This document shows, in pieces, positions 19,770 through 28,758 of a stretch of DNA of 64,000 nucleotides; positions within the stretch are counted from its first letter, which is position 1, and each line of letters starts with the position of its first letter. A program made the translations under genes and the position numbers. The notes beneath the pieces are model-generated. The model was not told the DNA's origin. It saw only the letters and a list, made by a program, of their open reading frames with translations, and did not search any database. The stretch spans positions 8,888-72,887 of the forward strand of contig DATBLR010000091.1 of NCBI GenBank assembly GCA_036555275.1, read 5' to 3'. This DNA comes from Gemmatimonadales bacterium (lineage in GTDB: Bacteria > Gemmatimonadota > Gemmatimonadetes > Gemmatimonadales > GWC2-71-9).

Positions 19770-19855
19770 TGCTCGGGGGGAGGATCGAACTCCCACGGGG
19801 ATTGCTCCCCAAGGGATTTTAAGTCCCTTGCGTCTGCCAGTTTCGCCACCCGAGC
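19770..19855 (-). tRNA. tRNA-Leu (anticodon UAA), class II with long variable arm, no encoded CCA
   Basis: Reverse complement reads GCTCGGG TG GCG AAACTGGCAGA CGC A AGGGA CTTAAAA TCCCT TGGGGAGCAATCCCCGT GGGAG TTCGATC CTCCC CCCGAGC A. It folds by hand into a full cloverleaf (7-bp acceptor, 5-bp anticodon stem, TTCGATC T-loop). Confidence 0.9.
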
Positions 19856-19881
19856 GGCACCAGAAGTTAGCGCCTTCGGCC

Positions 19882-19934
19882 GGGGAACGGGGAACGGGGA
19901 ACGGGGAACGGGGAACGGGGAACGGGGAACGGGG
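19882..19934. repeat. tandem heptamer array (GGGGAAC) x 7.5, solo arm, immediately 5' of tRNA-Leu
   Basis: Read directly: ggggaac repeated perfectly from 19882 to 19934. No complementary arm nearby. Confidence 0.95.
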
Positions 19935-20075
19935 CCCGATGATGAGTTGGAGTTTCGCGTGCGTCAACCCCAATCTTCCTTAATCTCGCCTCGTTTCACC
20001 CTCCTCACTCTCCGCTCCCTTTGATCGGAGGCCGCCATCAATCGTGACTCCTGCCCGCTCGACGCCTCAGGTGTT

Positions 20076-20101
20076 GGGCCGCATGGGTGCGGCCCCTACC
20101 C
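20076..20101. repeat. GC-rich palindrome family member (GGGCCGCATGGGTGCGGCCCCTACCC) at the galK 3' end
   Basis: Read directly; same core as 32645, 55511, 60831. Confidence 0.8.
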
Positions 20102-21316
20102 GGCGCGCACCCCAAGCGCGGCCCTCGTGGCCCAAATGGTTGGCGTCCGGCCGAACCGCTTCCGGAACTCCTCCTGCACCTCCGCCAAGCACCGCGCCTC
20201 GACCTCGGGCGGAACGAGCGCGAGTACCGCGCCACCCCACCCTGCCCCGGTGAGCCGCGCGCCCCAGGCGCCGTGCCGAATGACGCTTGCCACCAGATGG
20301 TCCGCTTCATCGCAGCTGGACTGAAAGTCCCGGCGAAGCGACTCGTGCCCTTCGACCAACAGCCGACCGACCCTTGGGAGATCGCGACCCGCCAGGGCGC
20401 GGGCAGCCTCGTGGGTGCGCCCGACCTCCGTGACTACGTGCTTGAGGCGGAGACTCCACGGTGCCGGGATGGCCCGCAGCAGCGCCGGCAGGCGTTCCCC
20501 GGGGACGGCGGCCAGCTGCTCGACGGCTACGCCGTGTTCCCGGACCATGCCGAGGGCTGCATCGCACTCCTGTCTCCTCAGGTTAGCCCCCCCGTCGCTC
20601 AGCTGATGCACCACCCCGGTTTCGAGCATCCAGGCCCGCGCGCCAAACGGCAGGTAGGTCAGTTCCCCGGTCGCGGTCTCGAACAGGAGCGCGTAGCCCG
20701 GGCGAGCCAGCGCGGCGACGGTCTGACCCGCCCGGCCACAGCGCACCCCGACCTCGTCACGCTCGGCGCGGTAGGCCAGCTCGGCGACGTCCCTCACGGG
20801 GAGACGCCGGCCGGCGACCGCCAGCAGCGCGCGGGTCAACGCAACGGTGAGCGCGCCGGAGGATCCCAGACCCGCACCGATCGGAATCGTGCTGGCGATC
20901 GCCAGCCGGGCCCCCTTGGGGGCCAGCGCGCGACGGCCGAGGACCCGAATGACCCCGCTGACGTACGCGGTCCACGATCCGTCTGGCGACAGATCCGGCT
21001 CGATCACCCTGACGGTGCCGTCCACTGCCGAGACCACGGCCCATAGCTGGCTCGATTCGGCCGCGACAGCGGTTCGCCGCTCGATGGCGAACGGCAGCAC
21101 CGGTCCACCGTTGTCGTCGCTGTGGTCTCCGAGGAGATTCACCCGGCCTGGGGCCGAAACGACCACGGCCGGCCCGCTTCCAAACCGCTCCTGAAACAGC
21201 GATGTTGCCTGTCCGACGGGGGAGACCTGGGTCACGATCGGTTGCTCTGCATGGAGGCGCCTTGCATCGGTTTCTGCGGCTCGGCCTGTCTCTCGTCCCG
21301 CTCCTCCTGGCCACAT
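20096..21316 (-). CDS. galK: galactokinase (GHMP kinase family)
   Basis: APGRVNLLGDHSDDNGGPVLPFAI, GAGLGSSGAL, GARLTGAGWGGAVLALV. Start uncertain: a GTG at 21235 (VTQVSPVG) would avoid overlap with the divergent gene. Confidence 0.85.
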   Translation of the reverse strand: MWPGGAGRETGRAAETDARRLHAEQPIVTQVSPVGQATSLFQERFGSGPAVVVSAPGRVNLLGDHSDDNGGPVLPFAIERRTAVAAESSQLWAVVSAVDGTVRVIEPDLSPDGSWTAYVSGVIRVLGRRALAPKGARLAIASTIPIGAGLGSSGALTVALTRALLAVAGRRLPVRDVAELAYRAERDEVGVRCGRAGQTVAALARPGYALLFETATGELTYLPFGARAWMLETGVVHQLSDGGANLRRQECDAALGMVREHGVAVEQLAAVPGERLPALLRAIPAPWSLRLKHVVTEVGRTHEAARALAGRDLPRVGRLLVEGHESLRRDFQSSCDEADHLVASVIRHGAWGARLTGAGWGGAVLALVPPEVEARCLAEVQEEFRKRFGRTPTIWATRAALGVRAG

Positions 21317-22842
21317 CGCTCCCGGCCCAGCTCGCCCCGGTGGGGGCGCCCAAGGGTTCGCTCAGGTTCGATATCCGGGGCGCGTTCGAGAGCGCTGATC
21401 GGCGCCTGCTGGACGACCAGACCGAAGACTACCTGGCCGATTTCGGCAGCTCCGCGTTCGGCAGCGACCGCCTCCCCTTCCTGCGAGCGACAGACTCGCT
21501 GGTCGGGACCGTTCTCGGCCAAGCGGGGTACCGGCTCAATCTCGGCGCTCAGCGCGCCAACGGCCAACTCACCATCGGTACCGGCACTATCGCAGCGGCG
21601 CTCGGCATCACCAGCAAGGTCACCCTGTTCGCGAACGTCCCCTTCGTCACGACCCGGGTGCAGGCGCGGCTCCGGCTCGATTCCACTGCCGCAGACGGCG
21701 GCTTGAACCCCGCCCACCCGACCCTGGGCAACGCCTCCGATCAGGCCCTCGCCGCCACCTTCTTCACCGCCTTCGACAACGCCCTCTCGACCCTGCAGAG
21801 CAGAATCCAGAGCGGGACCTACGCCGGGGACCCCACCCTGCAGGCCATCGCCCTCGAAATCGCCGCCCGGGGTACCACGGCCCGGGACGCGCTGTCCACG
21901 ATCACCCGTGATCCCAATCAAGCCTCACCCTTCCTCCCGACCGCCGCGAGCCCGACCGGGCAACAGATCGTCGCTAGCATCAGAGGACTGCAGGATACGC
22001 TGGCGAACACGCTGGGCGTGCCGGGGTTTGCCAGCGACCCGGTGCTTGCCGCGGGCCGCCTCACCGATCAGGAGTTCGCAGGCTTCGTGAGCGACCCCGC
22101 GGGGCCCATGGACGCGTTTCCGCTGGGCGAATCGAAGATATCGCGCATGGGCGACATGGACGTCGGGGCGGTACTGACCCTGGTAGACCGTTTCGACCGC
22201 CCCGGGCATACGGGAGGTTTCCGGTTCGCCGTCACGGGGCTGGTTCGGCTGCCGACGGGGCAGCGTGACAATCCCGCCAACCTGCTCGATGTGGGGACCG
22301 GCAACGGCCGCTACGAGGTGGGTGTGTCAGGCACGGCCGATCTGGGTGCGGGACGGCTGGGTGCGCGGTTCACAGGCGGCTACCTCCTGCGGCTGTCGAC
22401 TCTCCGGGTCCGGCGACTGACCGCTCCGGGCGCTCCCTACGCCCTGGCAGGTACCCTGACCAATGTCAGGGAAGACGCCGGCGACGTCATGCAGCTGGGG
22501 GCCCGGCCATTCTTCCGCCTGGCCCGAAACATCGCGATCCACGGCGAGGTGGACTTCCAGCGCACCCTCGCGGACGCCGTCTCCTATGACTCACCATCGG
22601 ATTCCATCGCCGGCCTTTCGGCCAACCTGCTGGCCGAGAAGCGGCGAAGCGCGCTGGCCGTCGGCGGGGGCGTCAGCTACGTAGGGCGCTCGGCCCACGA
22701 ATGCGAGCCGGGCCGCAGGTGCGGCTGGCCCATCGAGGCAGGATGGAGCTACACCACCGTGGTGCAGGGCTGGGGTGGGCGGGTGGTGAAGTTCCGGACG
22801 ACAAGGCTCGAGATACGGTGGTATCAGAGGATTTGGAGATGA
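21202..22842 (+). CDS. putative outer-membrane beta-barrel protein (hypothetical); the only plus-strand gene
   Basis: 546-aa ORF. An in-frame TTG at 21262 would give the signal peptide MHRFLRLGLSLVPLLLATSLPAQ. Alternating G/T/S/aromatic-rich strand-like segments and an aromatic-rich C-terminus (EIRWYQRIWR). No named family recognised. Confidence 0.5.
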   Translation: MLPVRRGRPGSRSVALHGGALHRFLRLGLSLVPLLLATSLPAQLAPVGAPKGSLRFDIRGAFESADRRLLDDQTEDYLADFGSSAFGSDRLPFLRATDSLVGTVLGQAGYRLNLGAQRANGQLTIGTGTIAAALGITSKVTLFANVPFVTTRVQARLRLDSTAADGGLNPAHPTLGNASDQALAATFFTAFDNALSTLQSRIQSGTYAGDPTLQAIALEIAARGTTARDALSTITRDPNQASPFLPTAASPTGQQIVASIRGLQDTLANTLGVPGFASDPVLAAGRLTDQEFAGFVSDPAGPMDAFPLGESKISRMGDMDVGAVLTLVDRFDRPGHTGGFRFAVTGLVRLPTGQRDNPANLLDVGTGNGRYEVGVSGTADLGAGRLGARFTGGYLLRLSTLRVRRLTAPGAPYALAGTLTNVREDAGDVMQLGARPFFRLARNIAIHGEVDFQRTLADAVSYDSPSDSIAGLSANLLAEKRRSALAVGGGVSYVGRSAHECEPGRRCGWPIEAGWSYTTVVQGWGGRVVKFRTTRLEIRWYQRIWR

Positions 22843-23086
22843 GGAGAACGGGAATGGGGAACGGGGAATAGGGAACGGGGAAAGGGGAACAGGGAACGGG
22901 GAACGGGACAAGCCTGGAGAATTCTCCCCGCGTCAACGCTGCAAGGGCACCATCGATGGCTGAGAGATCAGAGCCAAGTGCACTTCCCGTTCCCTGTTCC
23001 CCGTTCCCCTTTCCCCCCTCCGTCGGAGATCCAGAAGGGAAGACACGCCTCACTCCCGTTCCCCCTTCCCCGTTCCCCGTTCCCCC
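22843..23086. repeat. opposed heptamer-repeat arms, GGGGAAC family (left 22843-22908; right 22983-23018 and 23053-23086), unique ~75-nt centre
   Basis: Left arm ggagaacgggaatggggaacggggaatagggaacggggaaaggggaacagggaacggggaacggga. Right arms cttcccgttccctgttccccgttcccc... and ctcccgttcccccttccccgttccccgttccccc. Fills the convergent gap between the OMP stop and the recN stop, and enters the recN 3' end. Confidence 0.9.
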
Positions 23087-24732
23087 TTCAGCAACACCTC
23101 CGCGTGTCTCCGCGCCGTAACCGCATCCGCGTCTCCCAACATCCGCGCCAGTTCGGTCACCCGGTCCTCTCCATGAATCCGCTCCACGTCACTGGTGGCG
23201 ACGCCTTTGCGCGCGGCCTTGGAGACGACCAGATGCCGTTCGGCGCGGGCCGCGATCTGGGGCAGATGGGTGATCACCAGCACCTGCCGACCGGCCGACA
23301 CTTCCGCCAGCGCCTGGCCCACCTCCGCGCCGATCTCGCCACCGATCCCCTGGTCGATCTCGTCGAAGATCAGGGTCGGGATCTGGTCGTGCTTCACCAG
23401 CACGACCTTGAGGGCAAGCATGATGCGCGACAGTTCCCCGCCTGACGCGGACCGGGCCAGCGGTCGGGGCTCGAGGCCGGTGTTGAGCCGGACGGTGAAG
23501 GTGACCACTTCCTGACCGGTGGACTCGATCCGCTCGAGTGGTTGAAGTTCGACCTCGAGCTTCCCGCTGCTCAGCCCCAGCTTGGGAAGCAGCCGGGTGA
23601 CCGCCCTGCTCAGCCGACCTGCCGCCTCGCGCCGTTTGCCGGTCAGGGCATCCGCAGCGGCACGTCCGGCGCCTTCCGCCGCCACCCGACGCGCCGCCAG
23701 CTGTCGCAGGTCCAGGTCCGCGGTATCGAGAAGCTCCAGTTCGGCTCTCGCGAGATCCCGGGCCTCGAGCACCGCTTCGAGCGTCGCGCCATGCTTCTGT
23801 TTGAGCCGGTAGATGATGTCTCGCCGCCGTTCGATCTCCGCCAACCGTGCCGGGTCTTCCTGCAATCCGTCGGCGTATTCCCCGGCCAGCCGGGCCAGCT
23901 CCGTCAGGTTGGCGTAGGCGGCATCGAGCAATTCGCGCCACCCGCCGAGTGTGGGGTCAATCCGCTCCAGGGCTCCCAGCAGCCGGTCGGCCTGGCCGAG
24001 GGCGGGAAGCGCTCCGCCCTCCTCCCCGTCGAGGAGTTGCCCGAGGCGCCGGGCCTGATCGGCCAGGGTGGCGGCGTGGCTGAGTCTCCGCGCCTCGGTG
24101 TCGAGGCCGTCGTCCTCCCCGGGCTGGAGCCGGGCCGCGTCGATCTCCTGTACGACGTGGCGCAGGTAGTCGGCACGGCGGCGGACCTCGTCCCGCCTGT
24201 TCGCGAGGGCCGCTTCTTCCTCCGACACCGAACGGAGCGCCGCGCAGGCCTCAGCGAGCGCGGCCCGCTCCGGAGCCGCCCCGGCATAGGCATCCAGAAT
24301 CTCCCGTTGCGCCTCCGCGTGAAGCAGGGACTGGGTCTCATACTGCCCGTGCAGATCCACCAGCACGCTGCCGATCCGGGCCAGGACCCCGATCGTGGTC
24401 GGGCTCCCGTTCACCCACGCCTTGGAGCGGCCATCGGCGCCGACCTCGCGGCGAATGACCAGTTGACCCTCTTCGATATCAATACCCTGGTCCTCCAGCC
24501 GGCGACGCTGGACGGGATCCTCGACCTCGAAGGCGCCCTCCAGAACGGCGCGGGGAGTGCCCGGGCGAACCATCCCGCTCTCGGCCCGGGCTCCGAGCAG
24601 GAGCGCCACGGCATCCACCAGCATCGACTTCCCCGCCCCGGTCTCGCCGGTGAGGACGTTGAGGCCAGGGCCCAGTTCCAGGGTTACTTCCGCGATCGTG
24701 ACCAGATCGCGGACCCGCAGCTCACGGATCAC
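23050..24732 (-). CDS. recN: DNA repair protein RecN
   Basis: ORF 23050..24765. Likely GTG start at 24732 forms a GTGA overlap with the nadK stop. LNVLTGETGAGKSMLVDAVALLLG, C-terminal LIFDEIDQGIGG. The last ~12 codons (KGERGTGKGERE) are encoded by a GGGGAAC-family repeat. Confidence 0.92.
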   Translation of the reverse strand: MIRELRVRDLVTIAEVTLELGPGLNVLTGETGAGKSMLVDAVALLLGARAESGMVRPGTPRAVLEGAFEVEDPVQRRRLEDQGIDIEEGQLVIRREVGADGRSKAWVNGSPTTIGVLARIGSVLVDLHGQYETQSLLHAEAQREILDAYAGAAPERAALAEACAALRSVSEEEAALANRRDEVRRRADYLRHVVQEIDAARLQPGEDDGLDTEARRLSHAATLADQARRLGQLLDGEEGGALPALGQADRLLGALERIDPTLGGWRELLDAAYANLTELARLAGEYADGLQEDPARLAEIERRRDIIYRLKQKHGATLEAVLEARDLARAELELLDTADLDLRQLAARRVAAEGAGRAAADALTGKRREAAGRLSRAVTRLLPKLGLSSGKLEVELQPLERIESTGQEVVTFTVRLNTGLEPRPLARSASGGELSRIMLALKVVLVKHDQIPTLIFDEIDQGIGGEIGAEVGQALAEVSAGRQVLVITHLPQIAARAERHLVVSKAARKGVATSDVERIHGEDRVTELARMLGDADAVTARRHAEVLLKGERGTGKGERE

Positions 24733-25598
24733 CGGATCACTTCCCGCTCGGAGAGATCGCCCCAATTGAGCTTCTGTCGCATCCGGGTGAAGTACCCTTC
24801 TGCGCCGAGACGGATCAGAAGCACCCGCGTCTTGGCGCGGCGGACGAAGACCCGGTCGCCCGCGGCCAATGTGGCACCGAGCTGGCCGTCGTAGGAGACC
24901 AGCAGGTCGTCGGCCCAGGGGGACATCGGTTCCACGCAGATGGTCGAATCGGGGGGAACTACGACCGGGCGTACCGCAAGAGTGTGGGCGCAGACCGGAG
25001 TGATGATCATGGCCTCGACCCCGGGCGCGACGATCGGTCCACCGGCGGAGAGCGAGTAGGCGGTCGAGCCGGTGGGGCTCGCCACCACGACACCGTCGGA
25101 GCTGTAGGGGCCGAGGTCCTCGCCGTCCACGTTGAGCCGGATCCGGACCACGCGGGCGACCCCGGATTTGTGGACGGCAACGTCGTTGAGAGCAAGCTGC
25201 TCGCTGCGCAGCGCGCCCTCGTCGCTCAAGATGTTGGCATGCAGGGAAAGCCGCCGTTCCAACGCGTAGCGACCGGCGACCAGTGCATCCAGCACGGAGG
25301 CCAACTCGTCCCGGGTGGCGTTGGTGAGAAACCCGACCCGTCCCAGGTTGATGCCCAGGATCGGCACCTCACGGCCGCGCAACAGACGGGCTCCCCGAAG
25401 CAGGGTGCCGTCTCCGCCGAAGCTGACCACGGCGTCGGGCGTGTCCTGATCCAGCAGGGGAAGCACCTGATCCCACAACGGGACCAGGCTTGGCTCGGTC
25501 AGGAGGGTAATACCGCGTGGAGGCGCGAGGCCTGCCAGCTCGCCCAGCACCGCCTTGAGGTCGGCGTAGCGCGGGTTCCCCACGACCCCGACCTTCAT
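24729..25598 (-). CDS. nadK: NAD+ kinase
   Basis: 289 aa. VVSFGGDGTLLRGARL, typical NadK length, conserved nadK-recN pairing. Confidence 0.9.
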   Translation of the reverse strand: MKVGVVGNPRYADLKAVLGELAGLAPPRGITLLTEPSLVPLWDQVLPLLDQDTPDAVVSFGGDGTLLRGARLLRGREVPILGINLGRVGFLTNATRDELASVLDALVAGRYALERRLSLHANILSDEGALRSEQLALNDVAVHKSGVARVVRIRLNVDGEDLGPYSSDGVVVASPTGSTAYSLSAGGPIVAPGVEAMIITPVCAHTLAVRPVVVPPDSTICVEPMSPWADDLLVSYDGQLGATLAAGDRVFVRRAKTRVLLIRLGAEGYFTRMRQKLNWGDLSEREVIR

Positions 25599-27493
25599 CG
25601 GGCCTCGACGCTCTCCTCGCTGTGCAGGGCCCGCAGGCGGCGGGCGATCCCGCCGGCGGTGAGTCCGTAGGTCTCCAGCTGCTCGGCGCGAGAGGCCTGG
25701 TCGATCAGCCGGTCGGGTACGCCGAGGGCGATGACCCGGACCTCCGGATGGGTGGTCTGCAGGGTCTCGGAAAGGCAGGCGCCGAAGCCATTGACGATGG
25801 TTGCCTCCTCCACGGTGACCAGGGTGCGATGTTCCGCCGCGAGGATCTGCAGCATCCCCTGATCCATCGGCTTGAGGAATCGGCAGTTCACCACGGCGCA
25901 GTCGATGCCTTCGGCGGCCAGCTGCTCGGCGGCTAGGCGGCTCGCCTCCACCATGGTGCCGACGGCGAGGATGGCCAGGTCCTTACCGTCGCGCAGCCGT
26001 TCCCAGGTGCCGTAGGGGATTGCTTCCACCTCCGACACCGGCCGCGGCTGGGCCGGCGCCTTGTCGCGCGGGTAACGGGTGCAGAACGGCCCGTCGCGGT
26101 GGGCGAGAGCAGTCTTCAGCAGGCCGATCAGCTCGTCCCCGTCCTTCGGGGCGGTGACGGTCATCCCCGGAACCGCCAGCATGTAGGCGATGTCGTACAG
26201 GCCCATATGGGTCTGTCCGTCCTCCCCCACGAGTCCCGCCCGGTCCATGCAGAAGACCACCGGCAGACGCTGCGCCGCGATGTCGTGGATCACGTTGTCG
26301 TAGGCCCGCTGCAGGAAGGTGCTGTAGATCGCCACGACCGGCTTGATCCCCTGGGTAGCCAGCCCGCCGGCGAAGGTCACCGCGTGACCCTCGGCGATCC
26401 CGACGTCGAAGAACCGCTCCGGCCATTTCCGCTGGAAGATGTTGGTGCCGGTGCCGCTGGGCATGGCCGCGGTGATGGCGACCAGATTCGGGCGCTCTTC
26501 CGCGAGCGTCGTCAACGCCTCCCCGAAGACCTGGGTCCAGGTCGGAGGCCCGCTCGACTTCTTGCGGGGCTCCCCGGTCTCGGGGTCATACGCCGCCAGG
26601 CCGTGCCACTTCTCCTTGTTCGCCTCAGCCAGGGCGAAGCCCTTCCCCTTCTCGGTGATCACGTGAATCACCCGGGGCCCGGTCATCGGCTTCACGAAGC
26701 GGAGGGTGTCGATGAGCTTTCGGAGGTCATGACCGTCGATCGGGCCGAAGTAGCGGAAGCCCAGCTCCTCGAAGAACATCCCCTCGGAGAACAGGTTCTT
26801 GGCGCTCTCCTCGATGTTCTTCGCCAGCTCGACCACCTCGGGCCCGAATACCCGGCCCAGCCGGAGGGTCCAGTGCTTGATGAACTCCCGAATCCGGTTA
26901 GTCGCCGGACTGGCCACGATGCTCCCGAGCGTCTTGCTGATGGCCCCGACGTTGGGGGAGATGGACATCCCATTGTCGTTGACGATCAGCACGATGTCGC
27001 GGTCGGAGTGACCTGCGTTGTTCATCCCCTCGTAGGAGAGGCCGCAGGTTAGCGCCCCATCACCGACCACCGCCACGACCTTGTGCTGCTCCCCCTTCAG
27101 GTCGCGCGCGGTCGCCATGCCCAGCGCCGCGGACATGGCGGTGCCCGCGTGCCCGGCGCCGAACTGGTCGTGCTCGCTCTCGTCGCGCTTGAGGAAACCC
27201 GAGATCCCGCCCGTCTGCCTGAGGGTGGGAAAGGGGGCGTTCCGCCCCGTGAGCAGCTTCCAGGCGTAGGCCTGGTGGCCGACGTCCCAGACGATGCGAT
27301 CGGTGGGCGAGTCGAACTCGTAGAGCAAGGCGATCGCCAGTTCGACCACGCCCAGGCTGGCACCGATGTGCCCCCCGGTCAGGGAGCAGCACTCGATCAG
27401 GCGCTCACGGATCTCGCTTGCCAGCTCCGGGAGCCTGTCCCGCGGGATGCGCTTGAGATCCGCGGGGGAGTGGATGGTGGCGAGGAGGGTCAT
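25595..27493 (-). CDS. dxs: 1-deoxy-D-xylulose-5-phosphate synthase
   Basis: ORF 25595..27571. Likely start is MTLLATIHSPADLK at 27493. GGHIGASLGVVELAIALLYEF, VVGDGALTCG. Confidence 0.93.
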   Translation of the reverse strand: MTLLATIHSPADLKRIPRDRLPELASEIRERLIECCSLTGGHIGASLGVVELAIALLYEFDSPTDRIVWDVGHQAYAWKLLTGRNAPFPTLRQTGGISGFLKRDESEHDQFGAGHAGTAMSAALGMATARDLKGEQHKVVAVVGDGALTCGLSYEGMNNAGHSDRDIVLIVNDNGMSISPNVGAISKTLGSIVASPATNRIREFIKHWTLRLGRVFGPEVVELAKNIEESAKNLFSEGMFFEELGFRYFGPIDGHDLRKLIDTLRFVKPMTGPRVIHVITEKGKGFALAEANKEKWHGLAAYDPETGEPRKKSSGPPTWTQVFGEALTTLAEERPNLVAITAAMPSGTGTNIFQRKWPERFFDVGIAEGHAVTFAGGLATQGIKPVVAIYSTFLQRAYDNVIHDIAAQRLPVVFCMDRAGLVGEDGQTHMGLYDIAYMLAVPGMTVTAPKDGDELIGLLKTALAHRDGPFCTRYPRDKAPAQPRPVSEVEAIPYGTWERLRDGKDLAILAVGTMVEASRLAAEQLAAEGIDCAVVNCRFLKPMDQGMLQILAAEHRTLVTVEEATIVNGFGACLSETLQTTHPEVRVIALGVPDRLIDQASRAEQLETYGLTAGGIARRLRALHSEESVEAR

Positions 27494-27506
27494 GGGCGTC
27501 GGGTCT

Positions 27507-27622
27507 CGGCGTTCAGCCTCGGTCAGTGTACAGCGTACAGGGTTCAGCGTACAGGGTTCAGGGTCTAACACCGGGCCTTGGTCTAAGACCCTGAACCCTG
27601 AACCCTGTACGCTGTACGCTGT
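27507..27622. repeat. opposed heptamer-repeat arms, GTTCAG/GTACAG family, between dxs start and ispA stop
   Basis: Left arm ...cagcgtacagggttcagcgtacagggttcagggtc. Short centre taacaccgggccttggtctaa. Right arm gaccctgaaccctgaaccctgtacgctgtacgctg. Both arms use the same heptamers in a different order. Confidence 0.9.
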
Positions 27623-27623
27623 C

Positions 27624-28526
27624 TCAACTTTCCCTGCTCACAATATACTGCGCCAAGGCCCCCAGCGACCCGGACGGGACACCGGCCTGCTCCAGGTGGC
27701 GGATGGCCTGACCGGCGAGGCTTGCCGCCTCGGCCCGTGCCCCCTCGATCCCCAGCACCGTCACGTAGGTGGATTTTTCGAGCGCGGCGTCGCGTCCGGC
27801 CGTCTTGCCGAGGCTGGCGCTAGTGCCGGTGACGTCCAGAACGTCGTCCGCGATCTGAAAGGCCAATCCGATCTCCTGGCCGTACTCCCCCAGCGCGTCC
27901 AGGGCCGCCGGCGGAGCCTCGGCGGCGATGCCGCCCAGCAGGCACGCGGCCCGGATCAAGGCTCCGGTCTTGCCGCGGTGGACCGCAGTGAGCCCGTCCA
28001 GGTCGAGGGTCTTCCGCTCCGCCTCGAGGTCGAGCCACTGGCCCCCCACCATCCCCTCGATGCCACCCGCCTCGAACAGCTCCCGCGCCATCCGGCGCAG
28101 GGTGTCGGGCCCGAGGAGCAGATCCCGCGCCGCCTGGGTCAGGACCAGCGCCGCCACGGGCACCAACAGGAAGCCCACTCTGGTCGCGGTCGGAATGTCG
28201 AAGGCCCGGTGCGTGGTCGGGCGGCCGCGCCGCAGGTCATCGTCGTCCATGCACGGCAGATCGTCGTGGACGAGCGAGTAGGTATGCACCGTCTCGACCG
28301 CCGTCGCCACCGCCGCGATCGCGGGCGAGCATCCGCCCACCGAGTCGTAGGCCGCCATGACCAGCGCGGCGCGAACCCGCTTCCCCGGGGTGGTCAGCGC
28401 GTATCCCAGCGCCTCTCCGGTCCGACCGGGAACGATTCGCCGAACCCGGTCGCTCCAGGCGCCGAGGAGGCTGTCTACCCGCTGGCGCGCATCGGAGAGC
28501 AGAGCCTCGACATCAGCATCCAGCAT
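27624..28526 (-). CDS. ispA: polyprenyl (farnesyl/geranylgeranyl) diphosphate synthase
   Basis: 300 aa. DDxxD motifs LVHDDLPCMDDDDLRRG and FQIADDVLD. Confidence 0.9.
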   Translation of the reverse strand: MLDADVEALLSDARQRVDSLLGAWSDRVRRIVPGRTGEALGYALTTPGKRVRAALVMAAYDSVGGCSPAIAAVATAVETVHTYSLVHDDLPCMDDDDLRRGRPTTHRAFDIPTATRVGFLLVPVAALVLTQAARDLLLGPDTLRRMARELFEAGGIEGMVGGQWLDLEAERKTLDLDGLTAVHRGKTGALIRAACLLGGIAAEAPPAALDALGEYGQEIGLAFQIADDVLDVTGTSASLGKTAGRDAALEKSTYVTVLGIEGARAEAASLAGQAIRHLEQAGVPSGSLGALAQYIVSRES

Positions 28527-28758
28527 CCATGTCCTCGGCCCGCAGAGTTCCCTCAGCGTCTTCCAGGACCTTCTTCACTCGTGCCTCGGCCTGACCCAGC
28601 CGCTCCCGGGCGCTGCGCAGGCGCGCGACCCCTTCTTCGAACAGGGCGAGGGAGCGATCGAGATCGCCGTCGTTCTGCTCCAGCTGTCGAACGATTTCCT
28701 CGAGTCGCCTCAGGTCGTCCGCGAGGGAGGCGGGGCCCTCGGGCCCGGGGCGGGTCAC
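28513..28758 (-). CDS. xseB: exodeoxyribonuclease VII small subunit
   Basis: 81 aa. LRRLEEIVRQLEQNDGDLDRSLALFEEGVARLR. Overlaps the xseA stop by 4 nt. Confidence 0.88.
   Translation of the reverse strand: MTRPGPEGPASLADDLRRLEEIVRQLEQNDGDLDRSLALFEEGVARLRSARERLGQAEARVKKVLEDAEGTLRAEDMDAGC

Noticed and set aside
19770-19849. N-terminus MAKLADARDLKSLGEQSPWEFDPPP of ORF 19397..19849.
   Set aside because: This is simply the tRNA-Leu gene read as protein, not coding sequence.
19882-19934. Tandem repeats as possible CRISPR arrays (also 22843, 43649, 58090 and others).
   Set aside because: Units are 7 nt and contiguous with no spacers, there are no cas genes, and the architecture is two opposed arms. 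This is not CRISPR.
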